Source: TPA_inf: Saccharomyces
Taxonomy: Eukaryota
Direction of reading: 5' to 3'
NCBI GenBank assembly: GCA_000146045.2
Contig: BK006948.2
Location: forward strand, 96,001 to 160,000
DNA: 64,000 nt
The position numbers and the translations under genes were made by a program. Below, piece by piece: positions 31,921-42,106 of this stretch (the stretch's first letter is position 1; each line of letters begins with the position of its first letter). The notes beneath the pieces are model-generated. The model was not told where the DNA came from and made no database searches. It worked only from the letters and a program-made list of their open reading frames with translations.

Positions 31921-33236
31921 ACTGTCAATATATATGTACCTTTATACCAATATTATATGCGCTGACAAGAACTTTAAGAAATTAATTTCCTTTTCTACTT
32001 TTTTTCATTTTTATTTTACTTCTGCGTCCATATATCCGGACCATATATATGAGTGTAAATCATTTAGCTGTTGACACCATTGAGTATTTACAATTAAAAC
32101 CAATTGAGCTCAACAGGCTTGCGTTGAATAATGTTGAGCTGCCCAACGAGCCCTTTTCTCGCGGAGTGCTGTCCGAATTGTCCGAGTTTTTATACGGACA
32201 GAACTATCGCTTCTTTGAAGTATATATAAGAATAGACCGGCTGTTCACCCCGTATCCTCCTTTTCTATCTCTTGGCTTGCTATGTTTCAATGTCAGCCTT
32301 TGCTTTTATGTGCCCTTGCATACACGTGAATATGTCTATTTTATGTAAACTATAACAGCTGGTACTGCCCGTACATATGCTTAAATTAAATAGCTATTGA
32401 CGAAGGCCCATTTTCTCGTAGAATATCAGGGTAACATATGGAATAATCATTTTTCTCTGTCTATAAGTAGTAAGACTATTGCTTCTGATCCTTCTGTCAA
32501 TCGCCTGTCTCCAGTTTTATTTCTTGTCACCTAGAGAAACATACGCTGGAGTTCCCTGTACTATCAAAAGTTGTTTCGGTCCCGCCATTTCCGACTAGCT
32601 CTATAGCTAATGGTTGAGACTCAAATAGTTCTGTAGCAATGGAAGCTGATGTACCCCAAATACGAAAAGTCTAAGGCTCAAAAATATATGGTGGGCCCAT
32701 ATATGCCTAGAATAAGGTATGAAACATGACAGATGGTTAACGATCGACTCGACACATTGTTGATGGAATAATTGGTCCCTAGTTAAACAGCGGAGAAATA
32801 GCCGCCCAGGATAATCGGAGAAAAGTCACGTGCAAAAAGAAATCATATTCGACGAAATAAACTAGAATAACTTTTGACGTTTAGCAATAATAACCCCAAA
32901 TGGAAGCGAACATTTCCCGATCCTTTTAGTTTTCTTTAAGGCGCTATTGGCATTCATCTTCAAAGCTTCCGCAACACAGAAATTATATATTCACATTTCT
33001 GAGGCAGAGAATAGTTTTGACAACGAAACTGTTAATATTTTTACTCCAGTTACCGCCTTTGAAGTCTGATATTGGTGTACAAAGGTACTTAGGGGTATTT
33101 AAGAACAAGAAACTACATAAAATAGTTCGAAAAGGGAAAACAAAAGTAACATCTTGATGAACCGAGAAGCCACTAACTAGTTTTTAAAAAGCAAAAGAAA
33201 TTAAATCTCTCCTTTTTTTTTTTTCATTTCAACCAA

Positions 33237-36200
33237 ATGTATTTTGATAAGGATAATTCCATGAGCCCTAGGCCGTTATTGCCAAGTGATGAGCAGAAGC
33301 TAAACATTAATCTTCTAACGAAAAAGGAGAAATTCTCGCATTTAGACCCCCATTATGACGCAAAAGCCACTCCACAAAGAAGCACTTCGAATAGAAACGT
33401 TGGCGATTTACTTTTGGAAAAAAGAACCGCTAAGCCTATGATTCAAAAGGCCTTGACGAATACGGATAATTTCATTGAAATGTACCATAATCAGCAGAGA
33501 AAAAATCTTGATGATGACACTATTAAAGAAGTAATGATTAATGATGAAAACGGAAAAACTGTCGCTAGTACCAACGACGGCAGATATGACAACGATTACG
33601 ATAATAACGATATTAATGACCAAAAAACTTTGGATAATATAGCGGGAAGTCCCCACATGGAAAAAAATCGAAACAAAGTAAAGATTGAACATGACTCTTC
33701 ATCTCAAAAACCAATAGCTAAAGAGTCATCCAAAGCCCAAAAAAATATAATCAAAAAGGGAATCAAGGACTTTAAATTTGGTAGTGTAATAGGTGATGGC
33801 GCGTATTCTACTGTAATGTTAGCGACGTCGATTGATACCAAAAAGAGGTACGCCGCAAAAGTACTAAACAAAGAATATTTAATACGCCAGAAGAAAGTCA
33901 AATACGTCAGCATAGAAAAAACCGCCCTTCAAAAGCTCAATAATTCTCCTAGTGTTGTGCGATTATTTTCCACTTTTCAGGATGAATCAAGCCTATACTT
34001 TCTCTTAGAGTATGCCCCCAATGGGGACTTTCTTTCTTTAATGAAAAAATACGGTTCATTAGACGAAACCTGCGCACGATATTATGCTGCGCAAATAATA
34101 GATGCCATAGACTACTTACATTCCAACGGTATTATTCATAGAGATATAAAACCAGAAAATATTCTTTTAGATGGAGAAATGAAGATCAAACTGACTGATT
34201 TTGGTACTGCGAAGTTACTGAATCCTACAAATAATAGCGTTTCGAAACCAGAATACGATTTATCAACAAGGTCGAAATCTTTCGTTGGAACTGCAGAATA
34301 CGTATCTCCAGAACTTTTAAATGACAGTTTTACAGACTATCGTTGCGATATTTGGGCCTTCGGATGTATACTTTTCCAGATGATTGCCGGAAAACCACCA
34401 TTCAAAGCTACCAATGAATACTTGACTTTCCAAAAGGTAATGAAAGTTCAGTACGCCTTTACACCAGGTTTCCCACTTATTATCAGAGATTTGGTTAAGA
34501 AAATCTTAGTAAAAAACTTAGACCGAAGATTGACGATAAGCCAAATTAAGGAACATCATTTTTTCAAAGATTTGAATTTTAAAGACGGCTCTGTTTGGTC
34601 AAAAACGCCTCCAGAGATCAAACCATATAAAATCAACGCCAAATCCATGCAGGCAATGCCAAGCGGAAGCGATAGAAAACTGGTGAAGAAATCAGTCAAC
34701 ACACTTGGCAAATCGCATCTAGTGACTCAAAGGTCAGCTTCAAGTCCCTCTGTTGAGGAAACTACTCATTCAACCCTATACAATAACAATACTCACGCTT
34801 CTACTGAAAGTGAAATATCAATAAAGAAGAGACCCACTGATGAAAGAACAGCGCAGATACTTGAAAATGCAAGAAAGGGTATAAACAATAGGAAAAATCA
34901 ACCAGGCAAGAGAACACCAAGTGGTGCAGCTTCTGCTGCCCTAGCAGCTTCTGCTGCTTTAACCAAGAAAACCATGCAAAGCTATCCAACTTCTAGTTCG
35001 AAAAGTAGCAGGTCAAGCTCTCCTGCGACAACATCAAGACCAGGAACTTATAAGCGTACTTCTTCTACAGAAAGTAAACCATTTGCCAAATCTCCACCTT
35101 TGTCAGCATCAGTTTTATCGTCAAAAGTCCCAATGCCTCCATACACACCTCCAATGTCGCCCCCTATGACACCATATGATACATATCAAATGACACCTCC
35201 CTATACGACAAAACAGCAGGATTATTCTGATACCGCAATTGCCGCACCTAAGCCTTGTATTAGTAAGCAAAATGTTAAAAATAGCACAGATTCTCCCTTG
35301 ATGAACAAGCAAGATATTCAATGGTCCTTTTACCTGAAAAACATCAACGAACATGTACTAAGGACGGAAAAACTGGATTTTGTTACCACAAATTACGATA
35401 TCTTAGAGAAGAAAATGCTTAAACTAAATGGTTCATTGTTAGATCCTCAACTGTTTGGTAAGCCTAGACATACTTTTTTATCCCAAGTAGCTAGGAGTGG
35501 GGGAGAGGTTACAGGTTTTCGAAATGATCCAACTATGACTGCTTATTCCAAAACAGAAGATACGTACTATTCGAAAAATATTATCGATTTGCAGCTCTTG
35601 GAAGATGATTATCGAATTGAAGGAGGTGACTTATCGGAGTTGCTTACTAACAGAAGCGGAGAAGGGTACAAATGCAATCAAAACAGCTCACCAATGAAAG
35701 ACGATGATAAATCCGAATCTAACAATAAAGGAAGCTCTGTTTTTTCTGGCAAGATTAAAAAATTATTTCACCCTACCTCAGCAGCTGAAACGCTCTCTTC
35801 CTCTGATGAAAAAACCAAGTACTATAAACGAACCATTGTAATGACATCATTTGGAAGGTTTCTAGTATTTGCCAAGAGGAGGCAGCCAAATCCAGTTACA
35901 AATTTAAAGTATGAACTAGAATATGACATAAATTTGCGTCAACAGGGTACCAAAATAAAAGAACTAATCATTCCCTTGGAAATGGGAACTAATCATATAG
36001 TTGTGATTCAGACACCTTACAAGTCATTTCTTTTGAGCACTGATAAAAAAACCACGAGCAAATTGTTTACTGTTCTCAAAAAAATTCTTAATTCGAATAC
36101 AAATAAAATAGAGAAAGAACTGTTGCAAAGAAACCAAAAGGTAATTGAAAGAAGAACATCATCATCCGGAAGAGCCATACCTAAAGATCTTCCAACTTCC

Positions 36201-36482
36201 AAGTCTCCTTCGCCAAAACCCAGGACGCATAGCCAATCTCCATCAATTTCAAAGCACAATTCGTTTTCTGAATCGATTAATAGCGCTAAGAGCAACAGAT
36301 CAAGCAGAATTTTTGAAACCTTTATCAATGCCAAGGAACAAAATTCAAAAAAACACGCTGCTCCAGTACCGTTAACCAGTAAATTAGTTAACGGATTGCC
36401 AAAAAGACAAGTTACCGTGGGATTAGGTCTAAACACAGGAACAAATTTCAAAAACTCATCTGCAAAATCGAAGAGGTCGTAA
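33237..36482 (+). CDS. PKH2: PDK1-like Ser/Thr protein kinase Pkh2, 1081 aa
   Basis: Kinase domain (GDGAYSTVMLA...YAAKVL; HRDIKPENILL; DFGTAK; GTAEYVSPE) with a long S/T/P-rich C-terminal extension. Matches PKH2 (YOL100W). Confidence 0.9.
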   Translation: MYFDKDNSMSPRPLLPSDEQKLNINLLTKKEKFSHLDPHYDAKATPQRSTSNRNVGDLLLEKRTAKPMIQKALTNTDNFIEMYHNQQRKNLDDDTIKEVMINDENGKTVASTNDGRYDNDYDNNDINDQKTLDNIAGSPHMEKNRNKVKIEHDSSSQKPIAKESSKAQKNIIKKGIKDFKFGSVIGDGAYSTVMLATSIDTKKRYAAKVLNKEYLIRQKKVKYVSIEKTALQKLNNSPSVVRLFSTFQDESSLYFLLEYAPNGDFLSLMKKYGSLDETCARYYAAQIIDAIDYLHSNGIIHRDIKPENILLDGEMKIKLTDFGTAKLLNPTNNSVSKPEYDLSTRSKSFVGTAEYVSPELLNDSFTDYRCDIWAFGCILFQMIAGKPPFKATNEYLTFQKVMKVQYAFTPGFPLIIRDLVKKILVKNLDRRLTISQIKEHHFFKDLNFKDGSVWSKTPPEIKPYKINAKSMQAMPSGSDRKLVKKSVNTLGKSHLVTQRSASSPSVEETTHSTLYNNNTHASTESEISIKKRPTDERTAQILENARKGINNRKNQPGKRTPSGAASAALAASAALTKKTMQSYPTSSSKSSRSSSPATTSRPGTYKRTSSTESKPFAKSPPLSASVLSSKVPMPPYTPPMSPPMTPYDTYQMTPPYTTKQQDYSDTAIAAPKPCISKQNVKNSTDSPLMNKQDIQWSFYLKNINEHVLRTEKLDFVTTNYDILEKKMLKLNGSLLDPQLFGKPRHTFLSQVARSGGEVTGFRNDPTMTAYSKTEDTYYSKNIIDLQLLEDDYRIEGGDLSELLTNRSGEGYKCNQNSSPMKDDDKSESNNKGSSVFSGKIKKLFHPTSAAETLSSSDEKTKYYKRTIVMTSFGRFLVFAKRRQPNPVTNLKYELEYDINLRQQGTKIKELIIPLEMGTNHIVVIQTPYKSFLLSTDKKTTSKLFTVLKKILNSNTNKIEKELLQRNQKVIERRTSSSGRAIPKDLPTSKSPSPKPRTHSQSPSISKHNSFSESINSAKSNRSSRIFETFINAKEQNSKKHAAPVPLTSKLVNGLPKRQVTVGLGLNTGTNFKNSSAKSKRS

Positions 36483-36724
36483 TTAGTAATTTTATCTAAT
36501 GTTTTCATCAAGCTACTTAAATACTCTAAAAATAAATATATGAGGAATTTCAAGTACTCATATAAATATAATAATAATTCTCGATCAATCAAATGAAAGA
36601 GCGCCGTAAGGCAGAATCCCAGAATTCGAAAAGAATGAGACAATGCTCCTTTTGCTATTTATTGAATGCAGATAATACGCACTGTTTCTGTGTTGAAAGT
36701 GAAGCTGAAATGGAGGTCATGTAC

Positions 36725-39700
36725 TCACGCATTTTCGTCTTCTTCACTATCAATTTCGTCATCGTCATCTTCTAGCTCTTCTATTTCGACAGTGAAACCT
36801 TGAGTTTCAAAGAATTCTTGAACTGATTCCAATTTAGCTGGATGACAGCTCACAAAGGCAACGCTTTTATTGGAATCAAACATGTTGACAAAATATTTCT
36901 GCATGGCATTTTTCAGATCTGTTTTGGTAACATTCTGCAACCTTTCCAAATACAATTCATTGAAGTTGTTCCCCCTTTGCAAACAGAATTCATCAACATA
37001 TTTGGACAGGGCTGTTTCAAAGTATCCGCATTCGATAGTAGCCAGCCTGTTAATAATACTACTGATGGCACCTTGGATTAACTGCTCATCAAATTCCAAG
37101 GCACCTGATGCATAATCTTGAACAATCTGTTTTCCAACTTCATAACATTTAATAATATCAGCGCCGCGGTAAATATTGAATCCCCAAGAATTTATCTCAC
37201 ATAATTTTAACATGCTGGCACCATAGGCCAATCCGGCACCACGGATTCCCTTCCAAAATGGACCTTCAACACATTCTAGATATTCGGAAGCCAATGAGAC
37301 AATAGCGTATTCGGGATCATGGTAGTCCAAGTTAAATGGGATAGACGTTATTAGATTCATATAAGCAGATTCTGAGGCGGGAGTAGTTATTATAAAGGCC
37401 TTTTCACCAGGTGTTCTGCAAATCGATGAAATGGTATCTAGGGCTCTTGGAACTGGTGGAATTTTTAACTTCTCAACTGGATGTGCAATGTTCAAGCACT
37501 TAATTAAGGGATTCCATGGTTCATAAACGTCATCGATCTTTGAGATGTCACCAAGAACCAAAATATGAAACTTGTTGAAATTTGCTCTCAGTTGCTTTCT
37601 CATTGTTTCTATTCTTGGCAAAATTTCTTTCTCAAAGTTGCCATTCTCAATTTCTGCAAAAATCTCTTGTAATTTTGCTTCAACAAATAATGGATCGGTG
37701 GATTTTTTCAGCGATCTTGCCGAATAGAGATTTCTGTTAGTTAAAGAACTTAACATAACATTACCATTTCTTTTCCATTCTACAATAGAATTCAAATAAT
37801 TCTCCAGCAGAATACGAACACGATTTTCATCAAAAACCATGTCAAATAGGCAGTGCTTGATCCATTGAACAGAGTTAGAGTAACCCCCAGCTCTACATTG
37901 AATTTTAAAATTAATAAGGTCAGGACAAGAACCCTTCAAACCTTGGTTGATCTGTGCGTCAATAGTTTCTGATTTTAACTTGGCGACAACTTCCTCAAAC
38001 GAGAGCATAGTTTCTACATTACTCTCCTCATCAAGGATTTTCATTGGCATGGAAAATAGCTCGTCAAACATATTAAAATATGGTAAAAGCGAGGTATCCT
38101 TAATAGATGCGGAGTTGACCAAAAAATGCAGCTCTATAAATTGAGACGGGAAATGATTTAAGTGAATGAAAAGAGGAAAATTGTCTGGCCTCGTTTCTAA
38201 AATTTTTTTGGTCAGCGGATCACTAACATTATTGTATTTATACGAATCGACAGTTGCAATGCTTTTCGTGTTGACAAATTCAACACTCTTTGAAGGATTA
38301 TCAATCTCAAATTTCTGTAGTAGAGATTTCGGAATTGGCCTATCATTAATATTTTTTGCATTGTTCAATCTTTTCAATAAAACCAGTTTCTTTTCATCAT
38401 CAAATTCAGCTTCTCTTTGTTTGATCAAATCCGATTTTTCTTTCTCTAGTTGTTCATACATCAAAGCGCTTGGTTTAGCGGTAACTATGATAGGTTTGTT
38501 GTCTACGAATATTCTGTTCAGCAAAGATTGCCAGTCCTTTTGGGACCATTGTAATAAAGCATCAAAATCACTTAAATCCTTGAGAGAAGACACTAATGAA
38601 GAACCATCTTCATTACCATAAATATAGTCGGTAATCACAGCACTAGAAAAACGACTCTCGCCATTTTTTTCATAGTTCAGCAAATATTCCCATTTAGTAT
38701 TTTCAACTACCTGTCTAACTCTTGATAAATCAATGGTATGGGTTTTCAAAATCTCCAGTACCTTGGTCTTTGTTGCTGCTATTTTTTCTGTTGGGACACC
38801 TTGGATACGAAGATCAATTATGGTTCTCATGAAATAATCAGTGCAACAATCAGTGGAATTTGCCATGGGATCGTCAATTTCAACCAGTTCTCTTGTAAAC
38901 ACTGCCAATGCAGAGTCAGTAAAGTAATCTAATAGCACATCAACCGCTAGGTCATTACGAAAATCTGAGTAGGGAACACCAATCCAAGAAAAGAGTAATT
39001 CACCCTGACTTTCATCAAGTTCAGGAAATTCTACAGTAGATTCCGTAACTTTATCTCTAGATTGCGGTATGTGCGAAAGCTTGTTGTCCAAAAATGGTCT
39101 TTTCTTTGGTATATTCGATGGAATCTCCGGCAATTTGTTATCCCATTCTTCCATGACGGTTAACAGTTCATCTGTTGGTACGTTACCACAAACAATGACA
39201 CAAAGATTATCAGAAGAATACAGAGATTTGTGAAATTGTCTGATTTCGTCGTTGGTTAAGGTTCTTAAATTTTTCGTTAGCCCACCAGTTTCTGACCGAT
39301 AGCCACTTCCTTCAGGAAACATTAATCGCTGCTTTTCTAACCCTGAAATGTACCAGCCCTGAGTTTCAATGGCTTCCATTTCACTAAATACCACACCTTT
39401 ATCACCCAAATTTTCCGGGTCGATGTGATAAACCTCAGTTAAACAAGCCTCGTCTGTTAAAGTTGGATGTAGGATGTGATCTAGATAAGCAGGTAGCAAC
39501 TTTGAGAATCCCTTCCAGCCAGCACTGCTTAATGTATAAACAGTTTGGTCGGTATCAGTCCAAGCATTGGTGTTAGACAAAGACAGATTACCAGCTGTGT
39601 CTAATAAACCTTTGTATGGGTAAGATTTAGAACCCATGAAGATCAAATGCTCCAAGGTATGCGGAGCACCTGAATCATTAAGACATTCTGTAGGAACAGC

Positions 39701-39838
39701 AAAGTAACCGTGAACCAATGGGGAGGTTTTGTGGTTTATATGTACCAGTTGCAGTTTAGTTCGTTCCGAGATATATTTAGTTATATGGTATTGTGGGACA
39801 TAATCCGGTTGGAATGATACGAGCTTCTTGAACCCCAT
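36725..39838 (-). CDS. YOL098C: M16-family (pitrilysin-like, inverted HXXEH zinc motif) metallopeptidase-like protein, 1037 aa from Met at 39838. The ORF extends 24 codons upstream to 39910.
   Basis: Inverted zinc-binding motif HTLEHLIFMGS near the N-terminus. Size and position match YOL098C. Confidence 0.8.
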   Translation of the reverse strand: MGFKKLVSFQPDYVPQYHITKYISERTKLQLVHINHKTSPLVHGYFAVPTECLNDSGAPHTLEHLIFMGSKSYPYKGLLDTAGNLSLSNTNAWTDTDQTVYTLSSAGWKGFSKLLPAYLDHILHPTLTDEACLTEVYHIDPENLGDKGVVFSEMEAIETQGWYISGLEKQRLMFPEGSGYRSETGGLTKNLRTLTNDEIRQFHKSLYSSDNLCVIVCGNVPTDELLTVMEEWDNKLPEIPSNIPKKRPFLDNKLSHIPQSRDKVTESTVEFPELDESQGELLFSWIGVPYSDFRNDLAVDVLLDYFTDSALAVFTRELVEIDDPMANSTDCCTDYFMRTIIDLRIQGVPTEKIAATKTKVLEILKTHTIDLSRVRQVVENTKWEYLLNYEKNGESRFSSAVITDYIYGNEDGSSLVSSLKDLSDFDALLQWSQKDWQSLLNRIFVDNKPIIVTAKPSALMYEQLEKEKSDLIKQREAEFDDEKKLVLLKRLNNAKNINDRPIPKSLLQKFEIDNPSKSVEFVNTKSIATVDSYKYNNVSDPLTKKILETRPDNFPLFIHLNHFPSQFIELHFLVNSASIKDTSLLPYFNMFDELFSMPMKILDEESNVETMLSFEEVVAKLKSETIDAQINQGLKGSCPDLINFKIQCRAGGYSNSVQWIKHCLFDMVFDENRVRILLENYLNSIVEWKRNGNVMLSSLTNRNLYSARSLKKSTDPLFVEAKLQEIFAEIENGNFEKEILPRIETMRKQLRANFNKFHILVLGDISKIDDVYEPWNPLIKCLNIAHPVEKLKIPPVPRALDTISSICRTPGEKAFIITTPASESAYMNLITSIPFNLDYHDPEYAIVSLASEYLECVEGPFWKGIRGAGLAYGASMLKLCEINSWGFNIYRGADIIKCYEVGKQIVQDYASGALEFDEQLIQGAISSIINRLATIECGYFETALSKYVDEFCLQRGNNFNELYLERLQNVTKTDLKNAMQKYFVNMFDSNKSVAFVSCHPAKLESVQEFFETQGFTVEIEELEDDDDEIDSEEDENA

Positions 39839-40080
39839 TGTGAAGATTCGACGAACTGTGTTGAAAGTGCGTATAATTGGTCTTCGTGCCGTTTTTTGGG
39901 TCACTTTCAACTTTTCAGCGAGTAGTTTCTCTCACTATATCTTACGCTCTGTTAAAATCTTTTGCCACTACTTCAAAATTACGATCTATGGGATGAAAAA
40001 TTTACATGAATTTACCAATACTCGGAAAAATGCAGGACAAGAAATAAGAACATTTGTATAATACAAGAGACGCATATACA

Positions 40081-40187
40081 CATACCTACTCAGATAAGTT
40101 TAACGAGTTTCTCTTCCATAGGAGGGTCTAATCTCCTTCAGAAGTCTAACGTCTAAAAGTTCGTAAAGAATATCATCATAAAGTATG
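40081..40187 (-). ncRNA. Candidate box C/D snoRNA (about 105 nt), possibly the snR58 locus. Tentative.
   Basis: On the minus strand, 5'-CCAUAC-UUU-AUGAUGA (C box, complement of 40173..40179) ... CUGA (D box, complement of 40090..40093)-GUAG-GUAUG-3'. The 5-nt terminal stem CAUAC/GUAUG brackets the C and D boxes, and a possible internal D' CUGA is present. It lies in a 690-bp ORF-poor gap between YOL098C and WRS1. rRNA guide complementarity was not verified. Confidence 0.35.
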
Positions 40188-40219
40188 GTATACAAAATTT
40201 ACTGTGCAACAACAGCACA

Positions 40220-40405
40220 ATGCAGTCCATGATCTGCTCATCTGAGCACGAAAACCTAACCTGCAAGTACTGGCCTGTTAGCTTCCTCGCTTCTTGGTGT
40301 GAGAATGGGTCTGGCACACTGATGCAGAAAGATGGTAGTCTTTTATATGCCGTGAAAAATTTTTCCCATATATTTGAAAAAAAAATTTTTCATACCAATC
40401 TATAG
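40220..40405 (+). CDS. Small ORF (61 aa), possibly the annotated small protein YOL097W-A. Coding status uncertain.
   Basis: 61-aa ORF MQSMICSSEHENLTCKYWPVSFLASWCENGSGTLMQKDG... in the YOL098C-WRS1 intergenic region. I recall a small W-strand ORF annotated here but cannot confirm. Confidence 0.25.
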   Translation: MQSMICSSEHENLTCKYWPVSFLASWCENGSGTLMQKDGSLLYAVKNFSHIFEKKIFHTNL

Positions 40406-40526
40406 AAATAGTGAGGTCAGGAGACATCGCAACACTATTGTTCTATTGCATTATTTTTTTAGTGTTAAACTACAATTTCGGATTCTATATCATTGTATAT
40501 AATAGCGTCAGAATAAGCGTGACTAC

Positions 40527-41825
40527 TTACTTCTTTTCTTGCTTAGTTTTTGGCTTAGGTGCGACAAGTCTTTCCTTTTCGCCCCAAACCAACTTATGTG
40601 GGACCATGAATTTGTCCAAGGTCTCTTCGTCCACCTGAGCTCTGCGTTCCTGGAACGCCTTAACGAATTCTTGCAGAGTCTCGATACACAGTTTCTTCAT
40701 TTCACCTGATAGTAATTCACCGGACTTATATTTGTCATAGCATTCCTTCAAGAAAACATCGTCATCCTTGAAAAATGACAAGTATTGGTATGCAACATCG
40801 ACATCGGGATTACCACCTAATTCTCTATGTAGGTCGGCGGACACTTGACCACCGCTGAATGCGTACTTGTTAATTTTCTTTTGAATTTGCTTTGGTGTAT
40901 CGGTCATGAAAATGGCAGTGGTATCATCAGAGGCTGACATTTTGGTCGTGGAACCTTGCAAAGCTGGAAAGAATCTGGAATGAAGCAAAGCAGGTTTGGA
41001 GTACTTCAATTTATCCGCGACATCCCTACAAACTCTGAAATATGGATCTTGGTCAATTGCACATGGAATCAAACATGGTGTCTTATCAGGCAAGCCTAAC
41101 ACATTAGGAAATGAGCTTGGGAATGCGGTAGCAATTTGAATGGAGGCAAAATGGAACTTACCAATACAGTCGGAGTCATTAAACCCGAAAACAGCCTTTG
41201 CAGTGGATCCTGTAATTTGTCTGGAAACTCTTACTACAGTTTCGTAAAATGCACCACCCATGTATTGCAAATCAGAAAAGATAAAGGTGTTCTTTGGATC
41301 AAAGCCAACAGCAATGATATCCTTGGCATTTTCACGGGCAAAATTCTTAACGTCATTGATGGTCAACTTGTGTTTGAATAAAAATTTTTCGTCATCTGTC
41401 AACTCTATGACTAATGGTACGTCAAACACTTCCTGTAACCATTTGGTGAAGACAAAAGGGATCATATGACCCAAGTGCATAGAATCGCTCGAAGGACCTC
41501 TACCAGTGTATAGGAAAAATGGTTTGCCTTGTTCGTAAAGGTCTAATATTTTAGTGAAGTCACGCTCACTGAAAAACAATCCCTTACGCAAAAAATGATG
41601 TGGTTCACGACCCGTCACTTGCTTGAATCTCTTCAGGGTTTCTTCGTTGACCGGCTTAGTACCGAATTGTTTGATCAATTTGTCGTAATCAATATTTTGG
41701 GCTCTACCTTGTTCATCAACCCCACCTTCCACATCCCAAGGTGTAACTACTTGCTCTTTAACATCTGTGCTTTTTAGTTCCGACACTTGTTGGGTGACTT
41801 TCTCTACAGTTTCGTCGTTGCTCAT
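40527..41825 (-). CDS. WRS1: Cytoplasmic tryptophanyl-tRNA synthetase, 432 aa
   Basis: Class I aaRS motifs HIGH-like (SMHLGHMIPF) and KMSKS-like (KMSAS). Length matches WRS1 (YOL097C). Confidence 0.9.
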   Translation of the reverse strand: MSNDETVEKVTQQVSELKSTDVKEQVVTPWDVEGGVDEQGRAQNIDYDKLIKQFGTKPVNEETLKRFKQVTGREPHHFLRKGLFFSERDFTKILDLYEQGKPFFLYTGRGPSSDSMHLGHMIPFVFTKWLQEVFDVPLVIELTDDEKFLFKHKLTINDVKNFARENAKDIIAVGFDPKNTFIFSDLQYMGGAFYETVVRVSRQITGSTAKAVFGFNDSDCIGKFHFASIQIATAFPSSFPNVLGLPDKTPCLIPCAIDQDPYFRVCRDVADKLKYSKPALLHSRFFPALQGSTTKMSASDDTTAIFMTDTPKQIQKKINKYAFSGGQVSADLHRELGGNPDVDVAYQYLSFFKDDDVFLKECYDKYKSGELLSGEMKKLCIETLQEFVKAFQERRAQVDEETLDKFMVPHKLVWGEKERLVAPKPKTKQEKK

Positions 41826-42106
41826 CGTTGTTCTACGACTATTTTTTGTTATTGAGTTTTATTTCTGATACCTCAATGACTAAAAAAAATTTTTCAACGT
41901 TTTGATCTTTTTTCTCTCTTTTCCATTATAAGCGGAAAAGAGATACTGTATTGAATAAATTACTGGCGTCTTGAAAAGGATACATCATTTAATAAACGCA
42001 GGACCATGCCATTGCTTTTTGAACTCATGCTGTACGTGAAAAAGTGTATATATATATATTTATATAAGAAGATATTTACAGTCAGATACCTACTTTTCGT
42101 TTGATT

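Noticed and set aside
36017-36643. 208-aa minus-strand ORF (YOL099C-like)
   Set aside because: Antisense to and largely overlapping the 3' end of PKH2. No motifs, leucine/phenylalanine-rich as expected of antisense to an S/K-rich region. Treated as dubious.
38166-38621. 151-aa ORF antisense within YOL098C; likewise 60545..61075 (176 aa) antisense in DUF1, 6077..6586 (169 aa) antisense in PAP2, 47370..47707 antisense in TRM10
   Set aside because: Long antisense ORFs inside large, well-supported genes with no motifs. Typical six-frame noise.
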